DNA of 64,000 nt from an uncultured bacterium (GTDB lineage Bacteria > Zixibacteria > MSB-5A5 > CAIYYT01), in assembly GCA_963726455.1 (NCBI GenBank), contig CAVSCK010000002.1, positions 32,001-96,000 of the forward strand, given 5' to 3'. The translations under genes and the position numbers were made by a program. The notes below the pieces were generated by a model. It was not told where the DNA came from. It did no database searches and saw only the letters and a program-made list of their open reading frames with translations. Positions 18,435-29,760 of the stretch are shown here, piece by piece (the stretch's first letter is position 1; every line of letters begins with the position of its first letter).

Positions 18435-18854
18435 TTATCGAAAACCTTCCACGCGCCTTTGCACTAATGTGTTTCGACGAGATTCGCGGACGATCATGCC
18501 AGCGGCATTAAGTCCGATCTTCTCGCGGCAGTTACCGCACGGCTTAACTCCGCCCTCTTTGATTACGGCACTCACATGCTCGGATTTCGCATGAGCTCTC
18601 AACTCCGTACGATAGGAGTTGAGCACACTTTCCTCGATCACTTTCCTCATTTCGGAGTTTGCCGGAAAGGCGATGTCCTGATGCGTTCCGTCCGGGCGTT
18701 TACGACTCGGCATCGATACGAACATTCCGCGGGAACCGTCGATGACTTTGAGGCCTCGAACTACGAAGCAATCGTCGAACGTGACATCGACAAAGCCCTT
18801 GACCTTTTCTTCAAAGGCGAGCTTGGTTCTGGTAGCTGTGATTCTCATTGCCAA
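18435..18854 (-). CDS. spoVG: Septation regulator SpoVG (nucleic-acid binding) with C-terminal extension
   Basis: VTFDDCFVVRGLKVIDGSRGMFVSMPSRKRPDGTHQDIAFP is a typical SpoVG signature. Confidence 0.9.
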   Translation of the reverse strand: MAMRITATRTKLAFEEKVKGFVDVTFDDCFVVRGLKVIDGSRGMFVSMPSRKRPDGTHQDIAFPANSEMRKVIEESVLNSYRTELRAHAKSEHVSAVIKEGGVKPCGNCREKIGLNAAGMIVRESRRNTLVQRRVEGFR

Positions 18855-19211
18855 CGTTTCCCTCCACTTGCGGACAGCTTTGATCGGCTCGCAATATTTC
18901 TTGCAGTCTCGCTGCCCTTATCTTCGCGTAAGTTTACTATCAACAATTCGGCGAAACAGATTCGAGAGACCTGTGGCAGTCCCTTTCCACAAGTCTCTCG
19001 GTACATCGACGCCCGCCTTTGAGTTCAAATCCAGCAGTGCTTATCTTGGTCGCTAATACTCTCGCTCGAAATGGGACGCGCGAGACCCGCATCGGCCCCC
19101 TGGCGCGGGTCTCTCGTCCACTCACCCCTTTGTGTAAACTTGGCCATTCTGCAATCGCTACTAAAATAGTTTTCGTTTTCATCAGTGCTTATCTGTCCCT
19201 CGTGCGCACAA

Positions 19212-19239
19212 AGTATAATGCGCTTCACAGAATCGTCAA
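19212..19239 (-). promoter_or_regulatory. sigma70-type promoter for spoVG
   Basis: Minus strand TTGACG-N16-TATACT, implying a ~350-nt leader. Confidence 0.5.
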
Positions 19240-19562
19240 TGTGTACTGTTCACGTAATCATCGCGTAGGCAGGTTACGCGGCTGGAGGGTTTCAGACTCC
19301 GACAGGCACATTGGTAACGTATTGATATGATTATGGTTATGAGGAATTTTCCGTCGAATTATCTGCTCTCTCGCGGCGGGTACATCAGAAACTCCTTGAC
19401 TGCTATGGATTTCTCTGCATTTTTCTGAATGGGCGTCGAGTCTTGCAGACATTTTGCCCAATTTGATACTGCAGGCGATGACGCTTTAGGGGCACATGAT
19501 CAAAGGCCGGGCTTGGGTCTTGGAATTCGGATGTTCCAGTCTGCCAATAGAGAGGTGCCGCG

Positions 19563-22500
19563 ATGAAGAAGCGCATGCGTATCCTCGTAATCGGTGATGC
19601 CCGCAAGGATCTCGGTCCTCTCATGCGTGAAATCGAGACAGACGATTACGAAGTTCAGTGCCGGCACGTTTCCACGATTGCTCATCTTGAGGAAGCGGTG
19701 TCGCAGGAATTTGATGTTGCGATCTGTGATACGACCGTCCCGGAGTTCGATTCGATCTCAATGCTACAGACAGTCAGAGAACGTAATCGCGAACTTCCGA
19801 CAATTTCGATCACCAGCAAAACGGGACCGGCAGCGGCCCATGAGGCACAGCAGCTCGGCGTGGACGACTATGTATTGCAGGGCGAACTCTGCCGTCTGGG
19901 TCCGGCTGTTCGCCGCGAGCTTCGCCGGGCAGAAAGTCAAACCACCAGGAGCCATGAACTGCGTGAATCCGAGCAGCGTTTTGCCCTGTTCTTGAATAAC
20001 TATCCCGGCCCTGCCACATCAAGGAGCCGGACGGCACCTTGATATTTACCAACGACAGGTACTGTGACATGATCGGTCTTCCGCGGGAGCAGGTGGTCGG
20101 GCGGAAGTATACTGAGATTGCGCACTTGTCAGCGGAAACCGCCAGAGTAATTGAAGACACCGAAAGAAAGATGATCGCAACTGGAGAGGTATTTGCCGGA
20201 CCTATCGAATCTCGGGCCGACGACAGAAATGCCACCTATTGGGCGGTCAAATTCCCGATTCCTCGTCCCGATCAACCACCGTTGATTGGTACGGTTCTGG
20301 TCGACATCTCCAAGCAGATCGAAGCCGAGCAGGCCGTTCAACGATGGGCACACGTATTCGAACATGCCGAATGGGGGATCGTTATCGGTAGTGTCGACAT
20401 GACGACTCTCGAGACAATGAACCCTGCTTTTGCGCGAATGCACGGCTTTGTGGTCGAGGAACTCATCGGCAAGCCGATCCTGAGCGTGTTTGCACCGGGA
20501 ACTCATGAAGAGTTTCTGATTGAGGTACGTAAGGCCCATCAAACAGGCCACCATGCGTTCGAATCAATACACGTACGCAAGGACGGCAGCACGTTTCCAG
20601 TAAATATTGATATCACCGCGGTCAAAGACGACTCTGGAAAGGTTCTTTATCGCGCGGTCATTGTTCAGGATATCACCGAGCGCAAACGTGCGGAAGATGA
20701 AATCATCGAAGCCAAGGAAGAGTGGGAGCGGACTTTCGACGCGATCACGGATCCGGTAATGGTCGTTGACACAGATCATAAGATTATGAAAGCAAACAAG
20801 GCAATGGCGGACAAGCTGGGAGTTTCGGCAACGGCTGCCGAGGGGCTCAGATGCACGCAGGCGGTACACGGTTGCGCTACGCCGCATGCATTCTGTCCGC
20901 ATGCGAAGCTCCTGAAGGATGGTCAACCACATATTGCAGAAATTCATGAAGATCGATTGGGCGGCGATTTTCTGGTCTCCGTGTCGCCATTGCATTCGCC
21001 GGATGGCAAACTGATCGGCTCAGTTCATTATGCTCGCGATATTACCGAACGCCGGAAGATGGAGCGCGCGGTAGAGTCGGAACGGCAGCGCCTGGACAAT
21101 ATTCTGGAGGTTCTGCCTCCTTACGTGGTATTGCTGACACCGGATTATCGGGTGGCATTTGCCAACCGCGTCTTTCGTGAGCTATTCGGCGATTCGGACG
21201 GTAAACGCTGTTACGAATTCCTGTTCAATCTCACTGAGCCATGTGAAGTGTGTGAAACCTTCAAGGTGTTGAAGACGGGAAAGTCGGCCAAATGGGAATG
21301 GACCGGCCCCAACGGCAGGACTTATCAGATCTTTGATTTCCCATTCGACGATACGGACGGCTCCCGCCTCATACTGGAAATGGGCATCGACATCACCGAG
21401 CGCAGGCAGGCGGAACTACTGCTCAACAAAGCCAGTGCTTACAACCGGAGTCTGATCGAGGCCGCACTCGATCCCTTGGTCACTATCGACGCTCAAGGGC
21501 GAATTACTGACGTAAATACCGCTACCGAGGTGGCCACAGGACTCACTCGAAGCGAACTCATCGGTACGGACTTTTCGGACTACTTTACCGAACCGGAGGA
21601 AGCCCGCGCCGGCTATCAAAGAGTATTCGAGGAGGGAACGGTACGCGATTATCCGCTCGAGATTCGCCATCGCGACGGTCACTTGACGCCGGTGCTCTAT
21701 AATGCCACTCTGTATCGAGACAGCGATGGAAAGGTGGAAGGCATTTTTGCCGCGGCGCGCGATGTCACCGAACAGAAGGCGGCGCAGGCGAAGGCTGATC
21801 GTTACATGCGGTTGTATGCGACGTTGAGTCAGGTCAATCAGACCATCGTTCGGGTCAGTGATCAGGATGAAATGTTTCGGGAGATCTGTGAAGTTGCCAT
21901 CAAGTACGGCAAGTTCCGAATGGCGTGGATCGGCCGACCCGACAGAGAGAGCGGGAGAGTTGTTCCATTGGCCGTTGCCGGACATAATGACGGCTACCTG
22001 GAAAGCACTATCATCACGATCAGCGACAGCGAGGACTCGGGTCGCGGCCCGGCCGGAACTTCCGCGCGACAGGGCGAGGTAATGATAGTTGACGACATTG
22101 AAGAGGACCCTCGAATGGCGCCCTGGCGGTTCGAAGCGCTTAAGCGAAATTATCGCTCCGGTGCTTCAGTGCCCATCAAGTTGAAAGGCGAAATTGTCGC
22201 ACTGTTCATTATGTATGCCTCAGAACCGCATTACTTTACTGATGAAGAAGCCAGTCTGCTGCAGGAAATCGGCGGCGATATCTCGTTTGCTCTTGAAGGC
22301 ATGGAGAGAGAAAGAGCGCGCAAGCAGGCCGAAGAGCAAGTGCGGCGTGCCGCTGCCTACAATCGTAACTTGATTGAGGCAAGTATCGATCCACTGGTAA
22401 CCATCGCTATCGACGGCAAGATTACCGACGTCAATCAAGCCACCGAAAAAGTTACCGGCCTCGATCGTGACGAATTGATCGGCACCGACTTCTCGACTTA

Positions 22501-24793
22501 CTTCACGGAGCCGGAGAAGGCACGCGCCGGTTATCAGAGTGTATTTGACGAGGGCACGGTACTCGATTATCCACTGGAGATTCGCCATCGCGACGGGCAT
22601 CTGACTCCCGTGCTATATAATGCGACCGTATTTCGAGACGAAGATGGCAAAGTCGAGGGAGTCTTTGCGGCGGCGCGTGATATTTCCGAGCGCAAACTAG
22701 CGGAGCGGCAAATCCTGCACGATGCATCGTTCCCGCTATTCAACCCAAGTCCGATCGTGGAACTTGATTTCTCGCGCAATATCACCTTCCGAAATCCGGC
22801 GGCAGATCACTTACTGGACGAATTTGGTTTCATGGATGCCAAGGTCTTCTTCCCGGAGGATATCGGCGAAGTGCTAAACCAGGTTGGACCGGATATGCTT
22901 GAACCTATCGATCGTACGGTGAAAATTGGGGACCGAATCATTTCGGAACGCATAATCTACGCCCCGGGATTTGATACGGTGCGCATCTATGGCCGAGATG
23001 TGACCGAGCAGAAGATGGCCGAAGCCAGGGCTTCCTACTTCATGCGGCTATACGCTACGCTGAGTGAGGTGAACCAGACTATTGTGCATGTCAAGAGCGA
23101 AGACCAGCTGTTCCGTGAGATCTGCGATGTTGCAGTCCGACACGGCAAGTTCCGGATGGCCTGGATCGGAGTGGCCGATGAAGCGACAATGAGAGTACGT
23201 GCTGTAGCATCGAGCGGGTTTGACGACGGGTATCTCGAGAAGATTCTGGTCACCGTAAGCGGCTCCGAGCAGACCGGGAATGGTCCGACGGGCACGGCTT
23301 TACGCGAAGGCAAGCTGGTCATTTGCGACGATATCGAGAATGAACCAAGCATGGCGCCCTGGCGGGAGGATGCGCTACGACGCGGGTATCGGTCCTCAGC
23401 GGCTGTTCCGGTGAAGCTCAAGGGAGTCCCGATTGCGGTTTTCACGATGTATGCTTCCGAAACCGGATTCTTTACGGCAGGCGAAACCAGTCTGTTGGCC
23501 GAAATCGGCGATGATATTTCGTTTGCCCTCGATTGGCTGGAACGCGAACGAGAGCGTCATGCCGCAATTCAGGCCCTGGAGGAGAGTGAGGAAAAGTATC
23601 GAACTCTGATCAACAATATTCCTGATGTTACCTGGACAGCAGATGGTCAGGGACGGACCACCTTCATCAGTCAGAACGTAAAGGACGTCTTTGGATTTAC
23701 GGCCGAAGAGATCTATGAGGGTGGACCCGATTTGTGGTTCGGCAGAATCCATCCGGACGACAAGCAGGGAGTGGAGGCGTCGTTCCAGCACCTGGTCGAG
23801 ACCGGAAAGTCGTTTGATGTCGAATACCGGATTCAGCGCAAGGACGGCAAATGGATTTGGTTGCACGATCGTGGCCTGCGTTCTCACGGCGAGCAGGGTG
23901 AAATTCGTGTCGATGGAGTCTTTGCGGACATCACTGCTCACCGAATGACCGAGGACATGCTGGCCGAGCAACGAAAGCTGCTGGACGCCTTCTTCGAAAA
24001 CGCACTGACCTGCAATGTGATTCTGGATCGCCAATTCAATTTCGTGCGCGTCAACAACATGTATGCCAAGGCCTGCCAGAAGGATAAAGAAGACTTTCAG
24101 GGGCACAACCATTTTGAATTCTTCCCATCGGACGCGCTCGGCATTTTCCAGGACGTAATAAATACAAAGAAGCCATTCGAGGTTGTTGCCCGGCCGTTTG
24201 TCTTTCCTGATGATCCAGATTCCAAAGTTACTTACTGGGACTGGTCACTGCTTCCGCTTCTCAACGACTCGGGCGAAATTGACAAGTTGTTCTTCACCTT
24301 GAATGACGTCACGGAACGGCGGTTGGCCGAGATCCAGCTCGAGGACATCAACCAGCAACTTGCCGGCGAGCGCGAGGAACTGGAACGCAAGAACATCGCT
24401 ATGCGCGAGGTGTTGGCCAGAATCGACGAGGAGAAGAACAATCTCAAGAGACAGTTCGCTGTTAATGTGGAGATGGCGCTGATGCCTTCACTGGAACGGT
24501 TGGAAAAGTCTGCCTCTCCGACGATGCGTAAGAGCTTTGAGATACTCAAACGTGATTTGAAGGAAGTGACCTCTCCATTCCTGTCGGCTCTCAAGAGCCA
24601 GTTCGAGAGTCTGTCACCACGCGAACTAGAGATTTGCCGGATGATTAAGTCTGGCATGTCCTCGAAGGAAATTGCCGAGGCGCTCGGACTTTCGCCGATG
24701 ACTGTGCAGAAGTACCGCGAACTGATTCGCCGCAAGCTGGGACTGACTAACGCAGACGTGAACTTGAATACTTATCTGCAGTCGATGTCGTAG
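19563..24793 (+). CDS. Giant regulator REC-(PAS)n-GAF-PAS-GAF-PAS-LuxR HTH (~1740 aa), one frameshift at ~20016
   Basis: REC-like ORF 19563-20042 joins ORF 20039-24793 if one base is added (PAYIKEPDGTLIF); many PAS/PAC ends (DITERK), two GAF domains (KFRMAWIG), C-terminal LSPRELEICRMIKSGMSSKEIAEALGLS. Confidence 0.88.
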
Positions 24794-24847
24794 CTGACGT
24801 TGCGTTTGATTGCCAGAACATGCGGACAGGTTGTTCCGAGTAAGAAA

Positions 24848-25921
24848 TCAGTTGGCCTGATAGACAAGTATCGCCGCAGGTGTGTCGCCATGTCGGGGTG
24901 CCGCAACATAGAGTCGCGCCGTTTCAGGATCAAAGCAACTTGTACGCGCACCGGGAGAGGTCGTAATCTCAGCCAACATCCGCAGATGGCCGACAGAGTC
25001 CAAGTGGAGTACATCGACAAACCCTGCGCCGGTGGACACGTATACCAGTTCTCGCTTTGCGTCCAAATAGATGTCGTCCGGATCGCTAGCGATGTTCACG
25101 CTATCGATGGTCTTGCCGGTTTCGATATCGATAACTTCCAGCATTGATGGCCGTCTATAACCAATGAGCAAATGGTGATGAGCAGCATCAAGATCCATGG
25201 GGAAATTCGAGTGGGCACTGTGATTGAGCCAGGCGGCTTGCTTGACGTGTGTCCCAAGATCGATCGCCTCAATCTCGTCGGCGTCAGGGACATTGACATA
25301 GGCGATGTCAGTGGCGCTATCTATCTGAAATGACTCGGGATGGCCGTCAAGGAGATCTTTGGCAAGCACATTGCCTGTGGCCGGATCCAATTCGGCAAGT
25401 GCGCCTTCTCCAAAGCCGACGACAACCGTCTTGTTGACAGGATTTAAGCGAATATTGTCGGCGTCGGACCCCAGATGGAATTCCGCGACTTCTGTGAAAG
25501 AATCGACAGAGAATGCCTTAACGTCGCCTGATCCTCCTTCGGTAACAAAGAGTCGATCAAGATCGGGTATGTATTGAACTCCCTGAGGTTCAAGAAGCCC
25601 GGCCAGGGAACGAGTGTCGGAGCCAGTCCGCAGGTCGATCACTTCGACAGTGCCATTCCCGAGAGCTGCAATATAGAGTCTGGCGTGTCGGGAGTCGCAG
25701 GCGAGGTGGTCTATCCGGCCGGATACGTTGGGCAATTCAATGCGCTGGACAAGCTTCAGGGGCGGTTCCGCCGCGGCGGATCTAACCGTGAATACCAGCC
25801 AACAAGCCGCTAATAACCGAAATATCGTAATACGCACTCTGCCGGCTCCTAAGTCTGAGTTGACGCCCTGAATGATACGTGCACGGAAATGGTCTCCATA
25901 ATAGCCGAACGCCTGCGGCAA
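24848..25921 (-). CDS. YncE-family secreted beta-propeller protein (true start probably ~90 nt inside the ORF)
   Basis: GRIDHLA..RLYIAALGNGTVEVID..PQGV..DADNIR..HPESFQ..NFPM..GARTS. Confidence 0.85.
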   Translation of the reverse strand: MPQAFGYYGDHFRARIIQGVNSDLGAGRVRITIFRLLAACWLVFTVRSAAAEPPLKLVQRIELPNVSGRIDHLACDSRHARLYIAALGNGTVEVIDLRTGSDTRSLAGLLEPQGVQYIPDLDRLFVTEGGSGDVKAFSVDSFTEVAEFHLGSDADNIRLNPVNKTVVVGFGEGALAELDPATGNVLAKDLLDGHPESFQIDSATDIAYVNVPDADEIEAIDLGTHVKQAAWLNHSAHSNFPMDLDAAHHHLLIGYRRPSMLEVIDIETGKTIDSVNIASDPDDIYLDAKRELVYVSTGAGFVDVLHLDSVGHLRMLAEITTSPGARTSCFDPETARLYVAAPRHGDTPAAILVYQAN

Positions 25922-26023
25922 GCGATACCCGGACTTGACAGGTCAGGGAGATTCCGTATATTGTCCATGTCCTTACAACCTTTCGATCGTTCTTTGTGGC
26001 GGAATCCCCGCCAGGAGTCACTT

Positions 26024-27304
26024 ATGAAATACCTCTCCATTTTTTCGAGGATATGCACTTTGCGCTGCAATCGGTTTTTGTTGCCGTTACGCTCCGTGCC
26101 CGTCCTGTTCGTTGTCGCACTTCTTGTTCTCACCTGTCCGGCATACGCGACCTTCTCGATTGTCGCAGTGGACACGGTGACCGGAGCCATCGGCAGCGCC
26201 GGAGCTTCCTGTATTGCCGGCGCACAGATCATCCACGACGTCGTCGAAGGCATCGGCGCAATCAATACGCAAGCGTACTATTTGGCAGCCAATCAGGCAC
26301 GCGCGGATTCCCTCTTGCGCGCGGGACTTACTCCCGATTCGATTCTGGCATATCTCTTTGAACACGATGTTCAAAATGATCCGTCAATCCGTCAATACGG
26401 AGTAGTGACGCTGGCAGGGCCGGGACGTTCGGCGGGTTATACAGGAGACAATACCGACGCTTACAAAGGCCATCGGACGGGGCCGGGCTATTCAATTCAG
26501 GGAAATATCCTGCTAGGAGCCCAGGTTTTGGACACGATGCGATATGCCTTTCTCAATACGCCCGGACCGCTGGAGGACAAACTCATGGCGGTTCTGGAGG
26601 CCGCGGATATACCGGGCGCAGACACGCGCTGCCTATCGTGCAACAAGCCGGCAATTTCGGCTTTCATTAAGGTTGTACATCCGGGAGACGGGGCTACGCC
26701 GTACCTGTACACGTATGTCCAGAACACCAATTGCCCAATCGACCCGATTCCTCTTCTGCGCGTTCAATATGATGCCTGGAAAGCTCTGCAGCGCGCCGAT
26801 GCCGACTCTTCGCGCTTGACGCTCACGCCGATTACGCTACCCGCAAACGGCGCAGCATCCGCAAGTTTGCTCGTCGAGCCGCTCAACAGCCAGGGACACG
26901 AGCTCTCAGGTAATGTGTCGGTATCTACATTCCACACTGGGGATGGGGCTTTTTCGCCGGCCACTGCTAACCCAGACGGGACGTTCTCGGTGGAAATACG
27001 ATCACCCCTTGCCAAAGGGCTCGATACGATTACCGTTACGATAGAAGCTGCCGGATACTTAACTACGGTCAACGAAAAGCCGATTCTGGCATATTTCGTT
27101 CCGGGAGATGCGGATGCCAGTGGCGCTATAGATATCTCCGATGCCGTCTGGCTGATTTCCTATATCTTTACGGGTGGCACGGCGCCAAATCCGATAGCGG
27201 CGGGAGATGCCAATTGCGACGGGTTCGTCGATATCTCGGATGCGGTGTATCTGATTGCATACATCTTCTCGGGTGGGGCCGCACCCTGCGCGGTCGGCAA
27301 GTAG
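26024..27304 (+). CDS. Secreted DUF1028 (Ntn-hydrolase-like) + Ig-like + dockerin protein
   Basis: AGGAG RBS; AYA|TFSIVAVDTVTGAIGSAGASC; RQYGVV; YSIQGNIL; C-terminal dockerin pair. Confidence 0.85.
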   Translation: MKYLSIFSRICTLRCNRFLLPLRSVPVLFVVALLVLTCPAYATFSIVAVDTVTGAIGSAGASCIAGAQIIHDVVEGIGAINTQAYYLAANQARADSLLRAGLTPDSILAYLFEHDVQNDPSIRQYGVVTLAGPGRSAGYTGDNTDAYKGHRTGPGYSIQGNILLGAQVLDTMRYAFLNTPGPLEDKLMAVLEAADIPGADTRCLSCNKPAISAFIKVVHPGDGATPYLYTYVQNTNCPIDPIPLLRVQYDAWKALQRADADSSRLTLTPITLPANGAASASLLVEPLNSQGHELSGNVSVSTFHTGDGAFSPATANPDGTFSVEIRSPLAKGLDTITVTIEAAGYLTTVNEKPILAYFVPGDADASGAIDISDAVWLISYIFTGGTAPNPIAAGDANCDGFVDISDAVYLIAYIFSGGAAPCAVGK

Positions 27305-27691
27305 GGGCAACTAACGGTGAGTAAGAAAGGTGGTACTTTGCAGGCAGAAAACGCATTCGACTTGAGTTGAGATATATGTGAAAGTCGGTAGAGGGTAATT
27401 CCTCTTGTGAAATGAATCGAAATAGTCGCTACTAAACCGTAGTCGATGCGTAAAACCTAAGTGCGGGGCTAATTCGAATGGAACATGACGGCACAGCGTA
27501 ATCGATATACTGAACAATCGAGAAACATGAAGAAGGCGGGTTCGGTAAATTTCACCTGCCGGTATTGTCGCATCGAACAAATGTTGCGTTCATCGGTGCT
27601 GATGCGCAGAATCAAGCGCCGCGTGTCGATTCGACAAGCGAAGATGAAACACCATTTTTTGTAGCTTAGCTTTATAGAAGGGAGAAAGATC

Positions 27692-28426
27692 ATGCCTACG
27701 AAGGGAAGAGCGAAGAAGTCGGCAAAGGCCAAGAAGCCCGTTGCGAAAAAGAAACTGGTTGTTAAAGCGAAGAAGACAGCCAAGGCACCGATGAAGATGA
27801 AGGCGAAAGCGCCCGTCAAGAAAGTCAAACCGGTTGTCAAGGCCAAGCCCGCGAAGCCGGTTGATCTTAAGCTTCAAATCGAAGCGCTGGAAAACAAGAT
27901 CCTGGCAGAGAAGAAGAACTTGGTTGATCTGAGACGCAAGCTGAGACCTGAAGAAGTCAACGACTATGTTTTCCGGGGACATGATGGCGCCGAGGTTAAG
28001 TTGTCAGAAATGTTCGGCGGCCACGACGAATTGATTCTTGTGCACAACATGGGAAAGGCCTGTCCATACTGCACAATGTGGGCCGACGGCTTCGTTGGGT
28101 TGACCAAACACCTCAACGATCGCCTGGCATTCGTTGTCGTCTCCAAAGATGAAGTCGAAACGCAGCGGGAGTTCTATCAAAGCCGCGATTGGAATTTCGC
28201 CATGTATTCCAGTCATGATTGCACCTTCAACAAAGACCTTGGTTTCGAATCGGACGAGGGAGGGCAGTACCCGGGCGTATCGGCGTTCCACAAAGATGAG
28301 ATGGGAAAGATCTATCGGACGGGATATACTTATTTTGGCCCCGGGGATGATTTCTGCGCCGTTTGGCCAATGCTTGACTTATTGCCGGGAGGCGCCAAGG
28401 GCTGGGAGCCGAAGTTCGCTTACTAG
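27692..28426 (+). CDS. DUF899 thioredoxin-like protein with Lys/Ala/Pro-rich histone-H1-like N-terminus
   Basis: LSEMFG..LILVHNMGKACPYCTMWADG..PGVSAF..GPGDDFCAVWPMLDLLP; first ~55 aa are K/A/P/V repeats. Confidence 0.88.
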   Translation: MPTKGRAKKSAKAKKPVAKKKLVVKAKKTAKAPMKMKAKAPVKKVKPVVKAKPAKPVDLKLQIEALENKILAEKKNLVDLRRKLRPEEVNDYVFRGHDGAEVKLSEMFGGHDELILVHNMGKACPYCTMWADGFVGLTKHLNDRLAFVVVSKDEVETQREFYQSRDWNFAMYSSHDCTFNKDLGFESDEGGQYPGVSAFHKDEMGKIYRTGYTYFGPGDDFCAVWPMLDLLPGGAKGWEPKFAY

Positions 28427-28541
28427 CCGACAGTCGGATTCGGGATTCTGCTGACCGGCAAACAACGTTGACGAAACCGTGACGTGGTCGAAGAACGTAT
28501 CTAAGACGGATGCGGACTAACTTCCGCCAAAGGAGGTATAT

Positions 28542-29438
28542 ATGAAAACGCTTGTAATCGCCGGCACGGGGACGGTAGGCAGCCAAATTGTCTCACGGCT
28601 GGCCGAGCGAGGGTCAGAAGTCGTCGTCATGACACGCGAAGTGGAGAAGCAGGCCGCACTTGCTTCAGGCGTTGAAGGTTTGGTGGCTAATCTGGCTGAT
28701 CCGCCGTCATTACAGAAGGTCTTTGCCGGCGTCGACAGCGTCGTTCTAATCGTACCGGTGCACCCCGATGAAACCAAACATGGAGAATTTGCGGTTAGAG
28801 CCGCTAAGAAGGCAGGCGTCAAAAAGATCGTTTATATGTCAGTCTTCATGCCGCCCGGCTCGAATCTGATTCCGCACTTTGCCAGCAAGATTCCTGTTGA
28901 ACAGGCGATCAAACAGTCGGGGATGGCATACACAATCCTCCGCCCGAATAACTTCTTCCAGAATGATTTGGCTCTGAGAGATGCGATCCTCACTTATGGT
29001 GTCTACCCGCAGCCAATCGGGTTAATCGGGGTGAATCGCGTCGACGTCCGCGACATTGCGGATCTGGCCGTTCTATCTCTGACTGAACCGCGCCACGAAC
29101 GCAAGACATACAATGTTCATGGTCCGGACAAATTGACAGGAAAAGACGTTGCGCGGATCTACGGCCGCCACGTCGGTAGCGAGGTGAATTACTTCGGCGA
29201 TGATCTGGAATCCTGGGCCGAACAGGTGCAACAGATATTGCCGGCATGGATGGTGCATGATTTTCGCATCATGTATAAGTACTTTCAGGATCAGGGAATG
29301 CCTGCTGCGGAGGCGGATTTGGTCGAGTTGCAGAAAGCGCTGGGTCGGCCGCTCCGCAAGTTCGATGATTTTGTAAGTGAAACGGTGACGCTCTGGAAAG
29401 AGCAGGCGCGCGAATCAAAGCGCGAGTCAAGCCATTAA
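28542..29438 (+). CDS. NmrA-like NAD(P)-binding oxidoreductase
   Basis: GTGTVG Rossmann motif; PHFASK; YTILRPNNFFQN; VDVRDIA. Confidence 0.9.
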   Translation: MKTLVIAGTGTVGSQIVSRLAERGSEVVVMTREVEKQAALASGVEGLVANLADPPSLQKVFAGVDSVVLIVPVHPDETKHGEFAVRAAKKAGVKKIVYMSVFMPPGSNLIPHFASKIPVEQAIKQSGMAYTILRPNNFFQNDLALRDAILTYGVYPQPIGLIGVNRVDVRDIADLAVLSLTEPRHERKTYNVHGPDKLTGKDVARIYGRHVGSEVNYFGDDLESWAEQVQQILPAWMVHDFRIMYKYFQDQGMPAAEADLVELQKALGRPLRKFDDFVSETVTLWKEQARESKRESSH

Positions 29439-29760
29439 CTTGCGGGACCAACCAGCCAGGAGGAAGTAACAACAATAGTTTTCAGGAAGCGCAGAATTCT
29501 TCCGTGTAGCACGTGCACTCCAAAGAAAGTTCACTCGGACGGCGGTTCTGTACCTACTGGATCAATCCGATGGCCTTCGGCATTATGGTCCTTGCCGATC
29601 AGGGATGTCACTTCTCGACAATTTGGCTTGAAGAAGGGGACGATTCTTCTATCTTTGTAATCGGAAAGCAGAACTGACCTCGAAGACAATTTAGTCATGG
29701 TTGTGATGCATAACACCCGTTCCGTTACAAAGGCACTCTAATTGCAGAATCGGCAAGACC

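Noticed and set aside
29605-29635. TGTCAC upstream of the kinase-bEBP as a fifth ECF-like promoter
   Set aside because: No CACAAT-like box at the 17-nt spacing.
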